Part shown: positions 37,879-48,141 of the stretch, piece by piece
How the letters are laid out: every line of letters begins with the position of its first letter
Numbering within the stretch: position 1 is the first letter of the stretch
NCBI GenBank assembly: GCA_050942735.1
Contig: JBMNNW010000004.1
Coordinates: 29,632 to 93,631 of the forward strand
Direction: 5' to 3'
Length of the DNA stretch: 64,000 nt
From: Armatimonadota bacterium
Lineage (GTDB): Bacteria > Armatimonadota > Zipacnadia > Zipacnadales > UBA5352
The notes under the pieces: model-generated
Database searches by the model: none
The model's input: the letters and a program-made list of their open reading frames with translations, nothing else
Told to the model about the DNA's origin: nothing
Translations under genes and position numbers: made by a program

Positions 37879-38550
37879 GTGACGACAATGCCGACACGAC
37901 TTCAGACGATCAACTGGATCACAGACTGCGGGATGGCCGCGGTTATCCGCGCTAAGAGCAGCGACCACCTCATGCAGGTCGCCGACGCCATCAAGCAGGG
38001 CGGCATCGACGTGATCGAGGTCACGATGACCACCCCCAACGCCCTTCAGGTCATCGAGGAGGTCGCCGAAAAGTACGGCGACGAGGTCCTCATCGGCGTC
38101 GGAACGGTGCTCGACGCAGAGACCTGCCGGATGGCGATCCTCTCGGGCGCGGAGTTCGTCGTGGGCCCGTGCCTCGACCGCGACATGATCGAGATGGCGC
38201 ACCGCTACGACAAGCCGGTGCTGCCCGGCGCATTCACACCGACCGAGATCAAGCAGGCCTGGGATTGGGGAGCCGACATGGTGAAGGTCTTCCCCGCGGA
38301 CGTCGGTGGCCCGGGCTACTTTAAGGCCATCCTCGGCCCGCTGCCCCAGATCCGTCTCGTCCCGACCGGCGGGGTTGACATCGACACCACCCCCGCGTTC
38401 CTCAAGGCGGGCGCCGTTGCGCTCTGCGCTGGCGGGGCGCTGGTGGACAGCAAGGCCGTGGCCGAGGGCCGCTTCGACGTGGTCACCGAGACCGCCCGCA
38501 GGTTCCGCGAGGTGATCGACCAGACCCGCGAGGAAATGGCCGCCGGCTGA
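37879..38550 (+). CDS. eda: KDPG / KHG aldolase
   Basis: Family-typical sequence (DCGMAAVIRAK...IEVTMTTPNAL...KVFPA...VPTGGV). 223 aa. Confidence 0.85.
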   Translation: MTTMPTRLQTINWITDCGMAAVIRAKSSDHLMQVADAIKQGGIDVIEVTMTTPNALQVIEEVAEKYGDEVLIGVGTVLDAETCRMAILSGAEFVVGPCLDRDMIEMAHRYDKPVLPGAFTPTEIKQAWDWGADMVKVFPADVGGPGYFKAILGPLPQIRLVPTGGVDIDTTPAFLKAGAVALCAGGALVDSKAVAEGRFDVVTETARRFREVIDQTREEMAAG

Positions 38551-38728
38551 GCCATCCCTATCGCCGAACCGCTCCGCATCGTGCAGGGGCCGTGCCTTAT
38601 CTCGGGGCGCGGCCCCCTGGTTGTTGCAGGTCCTGTTCTCAGCGCGTCGAACAACGTGCATACTGGGGCCGACATACCAGTTGATGTAATCAACTCGCAT
38701 CCTCCGGCGGCCAGCGAGCGGGCCGCCG

Positions 38729-39628
38729 TTGACGGGCTGGTGGTCGAGAGTGAGCCGAACGCGGATCGCAGCACTCATCACACTCACGCTGACGCTCACA
38801 GGTGGATGGGCTGATCTCCCCCCCGACGGGCCGAACGCCCCCTTCCAGCCGGAGCCCCCGGATATCGGGCTCGCCGCCCCCGCCGCTGGTCCGGAGCAGA
38901 CTCACGAGGCGTTCTTCGTTCGTCTTGTCTCACCCGCTGACGATGGCGAGGTTCTTGAGGGACAGCGGGCGCTGATACGCTGGGACAGCGGCGGCCCGAT
39001 CGAGCGCGTGCGGCTGTACTACTCGTACGACAACTGCCGCCTGGCCGGACGCTCCCGCGGACAGGTCGGCAGGGTCATCTTCGGCCAGATGATCCCGAAC
39101 TTCGGGGAGGCCCCATGGACGATTCCGTGGATGGACACCGACGCGTTCCGCCTCCGAATCGCCGCGTACGGCGCGGACGATGAACTGATCGCCTCGGACG
39201 AGATCGGAGTGCGCTTCCGCCCCGCGGAGCTTGCCGAACTCCCCAGCCACGCCATCGGGATCATCAAGAAAAGACAGCGCCTCTACTACTACGAGGGCGG
39301 GAAGATCCGGAGGATGCACATCGTCTCCACCGCCGCACCAGGCTACGTGACGCCAACCATGCGGCCGGGCAGCCACGACCCGCGCCGCGGCGCCATGGGA
39401 AAGGTCTTCGGGAAGCAGTGGAGTGCGTGGAGCCGCTCCTACCAGACAGCGATGCCCTTCTGGCTGCAGATCACCGCGTCGGGAAGTCACGGCATACACG
39501 CGACGAGCCCAAGGTACTACGGCTATCTCGGCCGCCCCGCCTCCCACGGCTGCGTACGCCAGCACGCTGAGGACGCGAAGGTGCTCTACGGGATGGTGGA
39601 GGTAGGCACGCCGGTCTTCATCTTCTGA
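38729..39628 (+). CDS. L,D-transpeptidase (YkuD domain) with signal peptide
   Basis: C-terminal catalytic motif HGIHATS...YLGRPASHGCVRQ. N-terminal signal-like segment and a beta-rich middle domain. Confidence 0.8.
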   Translation: MTGWWSRVSRTRIAALITLTLTLTGGWADLPPDGPNAPFQPEPPDIGLAAPAAGPEQTHEAFFVRLVSPADDGEVLEGQRALIRWDSGGPIERVRLYYSYDNCRLAGRSRGQVGRVIFGQMIPNFGEAPWTIPWMDTDAFRLRIAAYGADDELIASDEIGVRFRPAELAELPSHAIGIIKKRQRLYYYEGGKIRRMHIVSTAAPGYVTPTMRPGSHDPRRGAMGKVFGKQWSAWSRSYQTAMPFWLQITASGSHGIHATSPRYYGYLGRPASHGCVRQHAEDAKVLYGMVEVGTPVFIF

Positions 39629-39662
39629 CCGATGCTTCGGGGGGGATGCGTCCGGGGCGCGA

Positions 39663-40574
39663 TCACTTCGCCGCGACCATCTCGACCTCGGCTTCGGACG
39701 AGCCACTCATCTGCGCGAGCACCTCGCCCATCGGCGCGAACTCGAACTCAGAGCACAGGTGCAGCAGGCGCGAACGGGTCTTGGACAGGTTCACGGTGTG
39801 CTGGAAGCGGTGCAGGCGGCTGTTGGGCTTCACGGGCGGGTTCGGATCAAGCTCCCACGGGTGCAGGTAGATCATCGCCGGCCGTCCGGCGGCGTTCAGC
39901 CGGTAGGTCGCCCAGCGCGTGATCATGAACGGGTAGAGCCGGAAATACCCCCCTCCCCCAAAGGGCAGCGCGACCGGTCCGACCTCCATCGTCGCGGCAG
40001 GGAACTCCCAGAGCCCGTTCTCGAGGCGGTGGGGCACCTTCGCGACGCCTTCGGCCCCGTAGTGACGCATCCGCAACGGAACGATGCTCGCATCGTACAC
40101 GAAGCCCAGCTCGGCGACGATGTCGAGCGCCCACAGACAACTGTCGTTGATCGAAAAGGACGGGGCGCGGTAGCCCACCGGCATACGACCGGTGACCTGT
40201 GCGATCGCGTCAACGGATCGGGACACATCATCGCGGAACTCACCGGGCGACTGCCTGAAGACCAGCTCGTGCGAGTATCCGTGGCTGCCGATTTCGTGAC
40301 CGCGGTCACGGATCTCGCGCAGAAGGTACGGCTCGCGATCGGCCACCCAGCCGAGGACGAAGAACGTGGCGCGGATCTCATGCTGCTCGAGGATGCGCAG
40401 CGTCTCGAGTGTATGTGGGACGCACCGGCTCTCAAGCTCTCCCCAGCGTTCGCAGGGCATCGCGTCGCCCGGGTAGGCGTAACAGAAATACTCCTCGACG
40501 TCTATCGTCAACGCGTTCACCACGCGACGCACCTCCCCTGGCCCCGACACCCCGGTCGATCCCGGACCTTCCAT
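39663..40574 (-). CDS. Polysaccharide deacetylase family protein (NodB-like with DUF3473-type C-terminal domain)
   Basis: NodB motifs TIDVEEYF and His motif HEIGSHGYSHE. 303 aa. Confidence 0.8.
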   Translation of the reverse strand: MEGPGSTGVSGPGEVRRVVNALTIDVEEYFCYAYPGDAMPCERWGELESRCVPHTLETLRILEQHEIRATFFVLGWVADREPYLLREIRDRGHEIGSHGYSHELVFRQSPGEFRDDVSRSVDAIAQVTGRMPVGYRAPSFSINDSCLWALDIVAELGFVYDASIVPLRMRHYGAEGVAKVPHRLENGLWEFPAATMEVGPVALPFGGGGYFRLYPFMITRWATYRLNAAGRPAMIYLHPWELDPNPPVKPNSRLHRFQHTVNLSKTRSRLLHLCSEFEFAPMGEVLAQMSGSSEAEVEMVAAK

Positions 40575-40817
40575 CCACCGCTAAACCGTGTGTGATGGTA
40601 CTCGTTTCGGCGATCCAGCGCAAGGGATCCAGCGGATTCCTCTCGGATTCGCCTCGATAGTCACGCGCAGGTCGCCGGTACGCGATGATTCTTACACACT
40701 TCTGCGCATTACGCGAACAACAACTGTGTCAGAACTACCGGCGGCGGCAGAAAGGTTGCCGGGCCTCGCCCGCGGAAATCGCCGGCACTGTCGAACGAGA
40801 GAACGCAGTCCGGGGAG

Positions 40818-41510
40818 ATGGCGATGGATTACAGCAGGGTGCTGGTCTTCGGCGCACATCCCGACGATGAGCTCACGATGGCTCCGACGATGGCGATGCT
40901 CGCGGAGCAGGGCGTTGAGGTCTACATCTGCATCTCGACGAACGGCTCTGAGGGCTACCCGAGGCCCGAGTGGAAAGACGAGATCGTCCAGATGCGCGCG
41001 CGGGAGATGGCAGATGCCGACGCCATCATCGGGACGACCGAGCGCATTGCCATCGGGGCCGATGACATGGGGCTGGCGAACGATAAAGCGACCTTCAGGG
41101 AGTTCATCCACGTGGTACGGCAGGTACGGCCGGAAGTCGTCTTCACGCACGGCCCGCATGACATGCACCGAGACCACCTGAACACACACGCGATCTCCCG
41201 GGAGGCGGTCTGGCAGGCGGGCAACCCCGTCTCGGCCGAACTCGGTGAGGTCTGGAAGGTGCGCTACCTGCTGTACTACAAGGGCGTGCAGGATCGTCAG
41301 CCCGACGTGGTACTGGACGTGAGTGATTACGCGCACATCCGCCCGCTCACGCAGGCAACGCAGCGGACGCAGCTTACGCTCTGGAGCACTACCGTGGAAC
41401 AGCTTGAGGCCGAGGCGGAGCGCCTGCGCAGTTCCGACGAGCCGTTCACCAACACGTTCTGGTTCGAGGAGCGGATGCACCTTGATTATCTGCCGGGGCT
41501 CCGAGGATAG
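40818..41510 (+). CDS. PIG-L/LmbE family N-acetylglucosaminyl deacetylase
   Basis: VLVFGAHPDDE motif plus the HxDH region (HRDHLNTH). 230 aa. Confidence 0.8.
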   Translation: MAMDYSRVLVFGAHPDDELTMAPTMAMLAEQGVEVYICISTNGSEGYPRPEWKDEIVQMRAREMADADAIIGTTERIAIGADDMGLANDKATFREFIHVVRQVRPEVVFTHGPHDMHRDHLNTHAISREAVWQAGNPVSAELGEVWKVRYLLYYKGVQDRQPDVVLDVSDYAHIRPLTQATQRTQLTLWSTTVEQLEAEAERLRSSDEPFTNTFWFEERMHLDYLPGLRG

Positions 41511-41625
41511 GGGTGCCGCGCGTTCCCGTCATCGGCGCCGGCCGAGGTGCCGTGGGTTGACGGAACCTCAGGGGCGATACGTCAAGGCCGGGAGGGGGTG
41601 CGGTGGTTGGCGCTCGCCGATCTGA

Positions 41626-42999
41626 TCACTCACCGGCGAACTGCGGCAGCAGGTCCTTCGACGCCGCCAGCAGCTCGTCTACCATCGCCTCGGTACGGTC
41701 GGGCGGGATTGACATCTCGTCCACCAGGCAGGCCTGCACCACCAGGTCGCGGTCGCCCGTGACCGCCGCGTCCGCCACCAGTTCCTGCCAGACGATCCGC
41801 TTCTCCAGCATCCCTTTGAGCACCGGCGGGGCCTCGCCCATCTGCAGCCCTCTCACTCCGCCGCAGTCCGTCACGCCTTCCACCTCCAGCAGGGCGTGCG
41901 CCGGGAGGTTCGGGACACATCCGCCGTTCGGGATGTTCACCACGCAGGTCGTCCGCCTGCCCGTGGCGATCGACGCGACGATCTCCCCCACGCCCTCCCC
42001 CATCAGCGTGTCCGAGGGGCCATCAGGCAGGCTCACATCGCCAACCAGTTCGCGGTACTCGGCCATGAACGCCCTCCGCACCTCGGGCGCGGGCTCCTCG
42101 GCAGACGGCATCGCGGTCGGCAGATCATCCCACAGCTTCTGTGCGTCCGCGGCCATGTCGTAGGGCAACTCCGCCGGCGCATCGGTCTGCGTCAGCCACG
42201 GATAGAACTCGATCACATGGTCGTCCTCCGGGTAGACGATCTGATAGCCGTAGGCGAGCGAGAGATCGCGCGACATCCCCCGCCCCACCGGGGCCTCGAC
42301 CGCACGCAGCCGCCGCATCAACTCGGGATAGACGTCGTGCCCGCGATGCAGCAGGCGCGTAAACCAGTAGTAGTGGTTCGTGCCGACCCACGTGGCGCTG
42401 AGTTCGCGCGGATCGACGTGCAAGAGCTCCGCGGCGTAGCGGATCCCCGCCTGGACGCCATGGCAGATGCCGATGGAATTGATCCGCGTGTGCTTCACCA
42501 TCGCGCGGCAGAGCACGGCCATCGGGTTGGAGTGGTTCAGGAGGATCGCGTCCGGGCAGCGCCGCTCCATCTCGCGGCATATCTCCATATACGCAGGCAC
42601 AGCGCGCAGCGCCATCATCATCCCCGCCGGCCCGCAGGTGTCGCCGACGATCTGCTGGATGCCGTACTTCGCCGGGATGCGGATATCCGCGGCGTGATAG
42701 GCCGACTGGTAGACGCGCGAGCCGATGGCCGCTCCGGAGCCGCCGATCGACGAGAGCGCGAAATCCGAGCCGTCAACGGCATCGGCGAGATCATCGGTGG
42801 CCCGTACACGGCATCCGGTTCCGGCCTGTCGGGCCAGCGCCTCGTGAACCGCGCTCATCGCCTCGACCTTCTCACGGTCGATGTCATAGAGCACGATCTC
42901 CGATCCCGCGAGGTCCGGGTTCACCAGCAGGTCGGGCACCGCGCGCCTGAAGTAGAGACTGCCCCCACCGAGACATACGATCTTCTTCGATTCTGCCAC
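41626..42999 (-). CDS. Glycoside hydrolase family 4 (NAD+/Mn2+-dependent glycosidase)
   Basis: N-terminal KIVCLGGGS Rossmann motif. Conserved NHSNP and CHG motifs. 457 aa. Confidence 0.85.
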   Translation of the reverse strand: MAESKKIVCLGGGSLYFRRAVPDLLVNPDLAGSEIVLYDIDREKVEAMSAVHEALARQAGTGCRVRATDDLADAVDGSDFALSSIGGSGAAIGSRVYQSAYHAADIRIPAKYGIQQIVGDTCGPAGMMMALRAVPAYMEICREMERRCPDAILLNHSNPMAVLCRAMVKHTRINSIGICHGVQAGIRYAAELLHVDPRELSATWVGTNHYYWFTRLLHRGHDVYPELMRRLRAVEAPVGRGMSRDLSLAYGYQIVYPEDDHVIEFYPWLTQTDAPAELPYDMAADAQKLWDDLPTAMPSAEEPAPEVRRAFMAEYRELVGDVSLPDGPSDTLMGEGVGEIVASIATGRRTTCVVNIPNGGCVPNLPAHALLEVEGVTDCGGVRGLQMGEAPPVLKGMLEKRIVWQELVADAAVTGDRDLVVQACLVDEMSIPPDRTEAMVDELLAASKDLLPQFAGE

Positions 43000-43018
43000 C
43001 GATCTCTTCTCCCCTCGG

Positions 43019-43900
43019 TCACTCGCTCATTCGGCAGATCTCGCCGTAGATCTCCGGGCGCCGGGTCTGCAGGTTGAAGCATCGCGCCCGCCGCCGCAGG
43101 TCGAAGAGTTCGGCCTCCAGGTCGCACAGCACGATCTCGTCTTCAATCAGCTCAGTCTGCGACTCGGCGAGTACGTCGCCCGACGGATCGATGAACAGCA
43201 CACCCCCGCAGTGGTTCGTATCGCTGCCGGCGTGACCGGCCTGATTGCAGTAGATAACGAACATGCCGTTGTCCCACGCCCGCGATCGGAAGGTCATGCG
43301 CGCATTGCTCTTCACCCGAGCGACCCTGTTACGCTGCTTCTCCGGGGCGTCGATCCACTGCCCACACCGCGCGGCATGCGGTGCCAGATAGACCTCCGCA
43401 CCCTTGATCGCGGCGATGCGCGCGGTCTCAGGGAAGACGGTGTCGTAGCAGATCCCGATCCCGAGCCTGCACAGTCCGATGTCGACGACGTTGATCGATG
43501 CGCCCATGCGAAAATGGAAGTACTCGTCTGCGGACATGTGCAGCTTGCGCTGTTTGCCGACGAAGCCCTCCGGGCCGATGATCATCTGCGTGTTGTACGC
43601 GACGCCCGCCTCGCGCTCGGCGATCCCGACCGACAGGTAGCAGCCAAGGTCCCACGCGAGCTTCTCCAGCCGCCTGCAACTGGGCCCGTCGGGGACCGGT
43701 TCGGCTATGCCCCAGATCTCGCCGGAGCACCAGTGCCCGGAGATGGCCAGCTCGGGGAAGCAGACCAGCCGCGCTCCCTCACCGACAGCCCGTCCGGCGT
43801 AACTCTCGATGCGGTCGAGGTTCGCCTCAACCTCGCCCAGCGGCGCGTTCATCTGCACGGCTGCAGCCCTGAAGTCCTCCATGCTGCCCTCCCGGCGCAA
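43019..43900 (-). CDS. Carbon-nitrogen hydrolase (nitrilase superfamily)
   Basis: Glu-Lys-Cys triad context: CFPEL, KQRKLH, GIGICYD. 293 aa. Confidence 0.85.
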   Translation of the reverse strand: MRREGSMEDFRAAAVQMNAPLGEVEANLDRIESYAGRAVGEGARLVCFPELAISGHWCSGEIWGIAEPVPDGPSCRRLEKLAWDLGCYLSVGIAEREAGVAYNTQMIIGPEGFVGKQRKLHMSADEYFHFRMGASINVVDIGLCRLGIGICYDTVFPETARIAAIKGAEVYLAPHAARCGQWIDAPEKQRNRVARVKSNARMTFRSRAWDNGMFVIYCNQAGHAGSDTNHCGGVLFIDPSGDVLAESQTELIEDEIVLCDLEAELFDLRRRARCFNLQTRRPEIYGEICRMSE

Positions 43901-44021
43901 GGTTCATTGCATGACCATGTCGAAGTGGCGAACTGTTCGCAGTCGAGTCGATGATACCTGCCCGGCCGCCAAGTTGTGGGCCGCTGAGGGCCGCGGCAGG
44001 GCCGAAAAGGGGAATAACCCG

Positions 44022-44189
44022 ATGTCCTTCTGGCGAGCTGTGCTGTGCCTGATCTTCCCGCCGCTGGCGGTCCTCGACTACGGTTGCGGGACCGTGCTGA
44101 TCGTCGCGGCGCTCTCGATGGTCGGATGGGTGCCGGGCGTGCTCGCGGCGCTCTACGTCAACATCGAGCATTCATCAAAGGGCCGGTGA
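44022..44189 (+). CDS. YqaE/Pmp3 (UPF0057) small membrane proteolipid
   Basis: 55 aa with two hydrophobic helices (FWRAVLCLIFPPLAVLDYGCGTVLIVAALSMVGWVPGVLAALYV). AAAAGGGGA RBS. Confidence 0.7.
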   Translation: MSFWRAVLCLIFPPLAVLDYGCGTVLIVAALSMVGWVPGVLAALYVNIEHSSKGR

Positions 44190-44192
44190 TTC

Positions 44193-44573
44193 TCAGCCGC
44201 TCTTGATGTCAAGCACCGGCGAACCATCGAATGCGTCGAGGTCCTCGACGGTCAGTCTCAGTCCGTCGCGGCCCAGAAGCCGAACACGCGTCATGCCGAT
44301 CGGGTTGGGTCGCATCTGCGAGTGCGTCGCGAAGACCCCGGTGAGCGGGTTGGTGCGATCGCCACGCGGATGCACCTGTGTGACCTCGCGGTCGTCCGGC
44401 TCAAGCTCGCTCATCCAGTAGAGTATCCACAGGTGCTCGCATTCCTCGATGCGCAGCAGACAGGCCTCGTGCCGAGCGAGCACGTCGATGTGCCGGCGGA
44501 GCGGCTCTCCCCCGTCGTCCTCGGGCGGATCAATGACGAATGCGACCGGTGCGACGGTGATCGGGAGCATCAT
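44193..44573 (-). CDS. TsaA/TrmO (YaeB)-like SAM-dependent tRNA methyltransferase domain protein
   Basis: C-terminal signature GVFATHSQMRPNPIGMTRVRLL...DGSPVLDIK. Start placed at MMLPIT (long ORF to 44789 has a low-complexity N-terminus). Confidence 0.65.
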   Translation of the reverse strand: MMLPITVAPVAFVIDPPEDDGGEPLRRHIDVLARHEACLLRIEECEHLWILYWMSELEPDDREVTQVHPRGDRTNPLTGVFATHSQMRPNPIGMTRVRLLGRDGLRLTVEDLDAFDGSPVLDIKSG

Positions 44574-44730
44574 GCGGCATCCTCTCGGTGATGACCCGTG
44601 GTGACCGGCGGTCGGTGTGCCCGCTCGTGTCATTCCTCGCGCGGAGGGGCTTCCCTCCCGCGGCTGCAGGTTCGCCATCTCCGGCGGCGAAGATACTCGG
44701 GCGACTGATGCCGCGCCATGGAGCAGCTCC

Positions 44731-46248
44731 ATGCACATTCCGCGCCTCCGACAGATCAGCCTGAGGCACCTCACCTGGGTACTGCTCATCTACCTGGGGA
44801 TCGTTGCCGCCGCATGGCCGCGGCGCACGTACGACATCTGGTGGCACATCGCGACCGGCAAGTGGATTCTCCAGAACGGACAGGTTCCGCGCGTTGATCC
44901 GTTCACATGGACGCGCGAGGGCACCCCGTGGACCGCCCACGGCTGGGCGTGGGACGTACCGATGTTCCTCTTCTACTCAAACTGGGGCCACGACGGCTTG
45001 ATGGTCCTGCGGATGCTGGTGGCGGCCGTCGCCTGCGGCCTGCTGGCCTGGCTACTTTTCCGCCGAGGCGCGGCCCCGATGGCGGCGATGACGGCCGGGA
45101 CGCTGGCGATCCTGGCCGCACGGCCGCTCTTCAACGACCGACCGCAGGCTCTGACACTGGTCTTCTTCGTCGCCATGCTCTGCCTGATCGAGCAGGCGGA
45201 ACGAGGCAAGCAGCGGTGGCTGCTGATTGGCGCGCCGCTGCTGATGATCCCGTGGGTGAACTTCCACGGCGGTTTCATCTACGGGCCGGCGCTCATCGGG
45301 CTCTACGCACTGTGCAAGGTACCTGACTGGTACAGGCAGTGGCGCGGGGACGAGGTGCTTTCCCCCTGTCCGGGCTTCGTTCTCGGCGCCATTGCGCTCG
45401 CCGCCGTCGCGTGTCTCGCCAACCCCAACGGCGTTAGTGGCGCCGTGTACCCGCTGACGTATATCTCAGGCGGACACTCCCAGGCGGTCATCTCGGAGTA
45501 CAACTCGCCGGACTTCTCCTCCGCGACCTTCCGTCTCCTCGGCTATCTGATCGTCGTGACGACGGCGGTCTTCGCGGCCTCCGGTCGGCGAAGCGGCGTG
45601 TGGGAGTTGGCGCTGACGGCGATTTTCCTCTACACTGCTCTGCAGTGGCAGCGAAATACCGCTCTTTTCTCCTTCGCCATCGCACCGGTGCTGGCCATGC
45701 ATCTCACCGAAGCGATGGCCCGGTGGAACCTCTCGGGGCAGTCTGAGGAGAGTGGCTCCCGCCCACCGTCTTTCCTGTACCCGGCGATCATCCTCGCCCT
45801 CGCCGTCTCGACGGCTTTCGCAATCCCGTCGGCCGGGGCGCGCGCTGAGGCCGCGTTCAGGGGGGACATGCCCGTCCGATGTGTCGAGTACGTCAAGCAA
45901 AGCGGGCTTCAGGGGCGCGTCTTCAACACGTATCGCTGGGGCGGCTATCTGATCTGGCACCTCTGGCCCGAGCACAAAGTGATGGTGGACGGCCGCGCGG
46001 ATGTGCTCGGCCCGGAGCTGATCTCCGACTGGCGGAGGGCGCATCGCCTCGAGGACGGCTGGCAGGAGGTGCTGGACGACTACGCCGTCGATTGGGCGAT
46101 CATCGCGGCGGATGCGCCGCTGGTGCGCGCCCTCGAGCTTCATCCGGACTGGCGGCTCGTGTGCGAGGAGCCGACAGGAAGTCTCTTCGTCCGGCGGGGC
46201 TCGATCGCAGATCGCACCGCGGACCCCGCGGTAAGCTACGACGACTGA
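44731..46248 (+). CDS. Polytopic membrane protein, GT-C-like putative glycosyltransferase
   Basis: About 12 TM helices. N-terminal loop with conserved acidic and aromatic residues (DIWWHIATGKWILQNGQVPRVDPFTWT). Extracytoplasmic C-terminal domain. Confidence 0.5.
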   Translation: MHIPRLRQISLRHLTWVLLIYLGIVAAAWPRRTYDIWWHIATGKWILQNGQVPRVDPFTWTREGTPWTAHGWAWDVPMFLFYSNWGHDGLMVLRMLVAAVACGLLAWLLFRRGAAPMAAMTAGTLAILAARPLFNDRPQALTLVFFVAMLCLIEQAERGKQRWLLIGAPLLMIPWVNFHGGFIYGPALIGLYALCKVPDWYRQWRGDEVLSPCPGFVLGAIALAAVACLANPNGVSGAVYPLTYISGGHSQAVISEYNSPDFSSATFRLLGYLIVVTTAVFAASGRRSGVWELALTAIFLYTALQWQRNTALFSFAIAPVLAMHLTEAMARWNLSGQSEESGSRPPSFLYPAIILALAVSTAFAIPSAGARAEAAFRGDMPVRCVEYVKQSGLQGRVFNTYRWGGYLIWHLWPEHKVMVDGRADVLGPELISDWRRAHRLEDGWQEVLDDYAVDWAIIAADAPLVRALELHPDWRLVCEEPTGSLFVRRGSIADRTADPAVSYDD

Positions 46249-46283
46249 CGCGGCGGAGCGCGAGAACGGCGTGAACGAAGAGC

Positions 46284-47441
46284 GTGCTTCTCTTCCCGAT
46301 CGGCACAGAAAGGCAGCGCAGCGGCTTCCCGTGGGTGACGGTCGTGCTGATCGTCGCCAACGTCTACGTGTACCTCTATCTGCAGGCCGGCCCCGCCGCG
46401 GCGAACTTCGCACTCGTCTTCGGCCGCTTCGACTGGTGGATGCCGATCACGTACATGTTCGCGCATGGCGGGCTGCTGCACCTTGCCGGCAACATGCTCT
46501 TCCTGTGGGTATTCGGCCCGCACGCGGAGGACGCCCTCGGCCGCGGCCGGTTCATCCTGGTGTACTTCAGCGCGGGCTTCGCGTCCGCGGCACTGCATGT
46601 CTTGGCGTCAATCGGGCTCTACCCCGACGACACCGGCATCGGGCTGGTCGGGGCGTCCGGCGCGATCATGGGGGTCGTCGCGCTCTTCGTCCTGCGCTTC
46701 CACGGGGTCCGGGTCCGCTTCCTCTTCTGGTGGATCCTTCCATACGTCTTCCACGTGCGCGCCCTTTGGGTCGGGATCGCGTTCGTCGGCTGGGACTTCG
46801 TGCATGCGCTCCTGATGGTCAACCAGGGCGGGCTGGGCGGTGTTGCGCACTGGGCGCACATCGGCGGCTTCGCGGCGGGAGCCTGCTGGGCGTGGGCGCT
46901 GAGACTCACCCGCGAGGGCACTCACGAGATCAAGCATGATGAGGCCCGTGAGTTGATCGCCGCCGGATCGTGGCTGGCGGCGGCGAACAGACTCGAGGAG
47001 CGGATCGCCGAACGTCCCGGAGATGTGCAGTTGCACGCCGAGGCCGCCTCGTGCTACGAGATGGTTACCGGGAGGCACGAGGAGGCCGCGCGTCACTGGA
47101 ATGAGCACCTCCGGCTTCTGCTGCTGGCCGGGCGATGGGAGGAAGCCGTCACTCGCTTCAGCCGCCTGACCGACCGCTTCACGCCGGGTGACTTCGATCC
47201 GGCGGTGCTCACCCGGCTGGGCGCGGGGAGGGACGACACTGCGCTGGCCACGCTCATGGCGGTGGTGGAGGCTCACCCCGACAGCGAGCAGGCGCCGGGC
47301 GCGGCCCTGCGAGCCGCGAGACTTCTAAGCAGGCATGACCGCATCGAACGGTCAATAGAGATCCTGGAGGCCATCGTGAACCGGTGGCCGGATTCTGAGG
47401 CCGCGTTGACCGCCGAGACGCGGCTGCGGCGAATGTCGTAG
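46284..47441 (+). CDS. Rhomboid-family intramembrane serine protease with C-terminal TPR domain
   Basis: Catalytic GASGAIMG Ser motif and AHIGGF His motif across 6 TM helices. C-terminal TPR-like helical repeats. Confidence 0.8.
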   Translation: MLLFPIGTERQRSGFPWVTVVLIVANVYVYLYLQAGPAAANFALVFGRFDWWMPITYMFAHGGLLHLAGNMLFLWVFGPHAEDALGRGRFILVYFSAGFASAALHVLASIGLYPDDTGIGLVGASGAIMGVVALFVLRFHGVRVRFLFWWILPYVFHVRALWVGIAFVGWDFVHALLMVNQGGLGGVAHWAHIGGFAAGACWAWALRLTREGTHEIKHDEARELIAAGSWLAAANRLEERIAERPGDVQLHAEAASCYEMVTGRHEEAARHWNEHLRLLLLAGRWEEAVTRFSRLTDRFTPGDFDPAVLTRLGAGRDDTALATLMAVVEAHPDSEQAPGAALRAARLLSRHDRIERSIEILEAIVNRWPDSEAALTAETRLRRMS

Positions 47442-47538
47442 GAGATCCCGAGCGCTCCGGCAGGCGGGGCGAGTTCGAGCGAATCTCCGCGGCAGTCACT
47501 TCAGCACTCAGTCACCGCCTCAAGGGGGCGAGAGAGAA

Positions 47539-48069
47539 ATGATCCGCGCACTGCATCGAAGACGTGGTTCGGCGGCCGGCGGCGTGATCGTGGTGCTCGT
47601 GTTGGCGCTCGCGGCCGGCGCGCTGTGGTACTTCGTCCTGCGCTCAACGCCGCAAAAGACCGTCGGTGGTTTGCTGGAGGCGGCTCGGGTGGGCGATGAG
47701 CAGATGATGCTCGAATACCTGACACCACAGTCGCGCAGCGAGCCGGGGCTCGTGATCGGGCTGACCCGCAGGCTCGCCGGCGAGCCTGCGGGAGAGCCGC
47801 AGTACTCGATCGGCGAGCCGGTGGTCGGCGAGACGACCGCCACCGTGCCGGTTGAGTTCCCGGTCGGCAACACCATCGCGACGCTTACAGGGATGAGGAC
47901 GCTCACAGTGCCCTACGTCCTGCACCGAGAGGGACAGACGTGGCTGGTGGATACCGCCGCGACGCAGGAGGAGATCGGCCGAAGGCTCACAGACAGCGCC
48001 CTGGAGATGCTCAGGCGCTTCATCATGTCCGGAGGGCCGATCGGCTCGCCGGACGGAAGACGGATCTGA
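47539..48069 (+). CDS. Hypothetical single-pass membrane protein
   Basis: Basic cytoplasmic N-terminus, one TM (VIVVLVLALAAGALWYFVL) and a roughly 130-aa periplasmic domain. Confidence 0.45.
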   Translation: MIRALHRRRGSAAGGVIVVLVLALAAGALWYFVLRSTPQKTVGGLLEAARVGDEQMMLEYLTPQSRSEPGLVIGLTRRLAGEPAGEPQYSIGEPVVGETTATVPVEFPVGNTIATLTGMRTLTVPYVLHREGQTWLVDTAATQEEIGRRLTDSALEMLRRFIMSGGPIGSPDGRRI

Positions 48070-48141
48070 TCTCCGCGGACGTCCGGGCGCTCAACCAGCG
48101 ATCGGACCTGATGCACAATCGAACGAAGATGGGAGCAACGC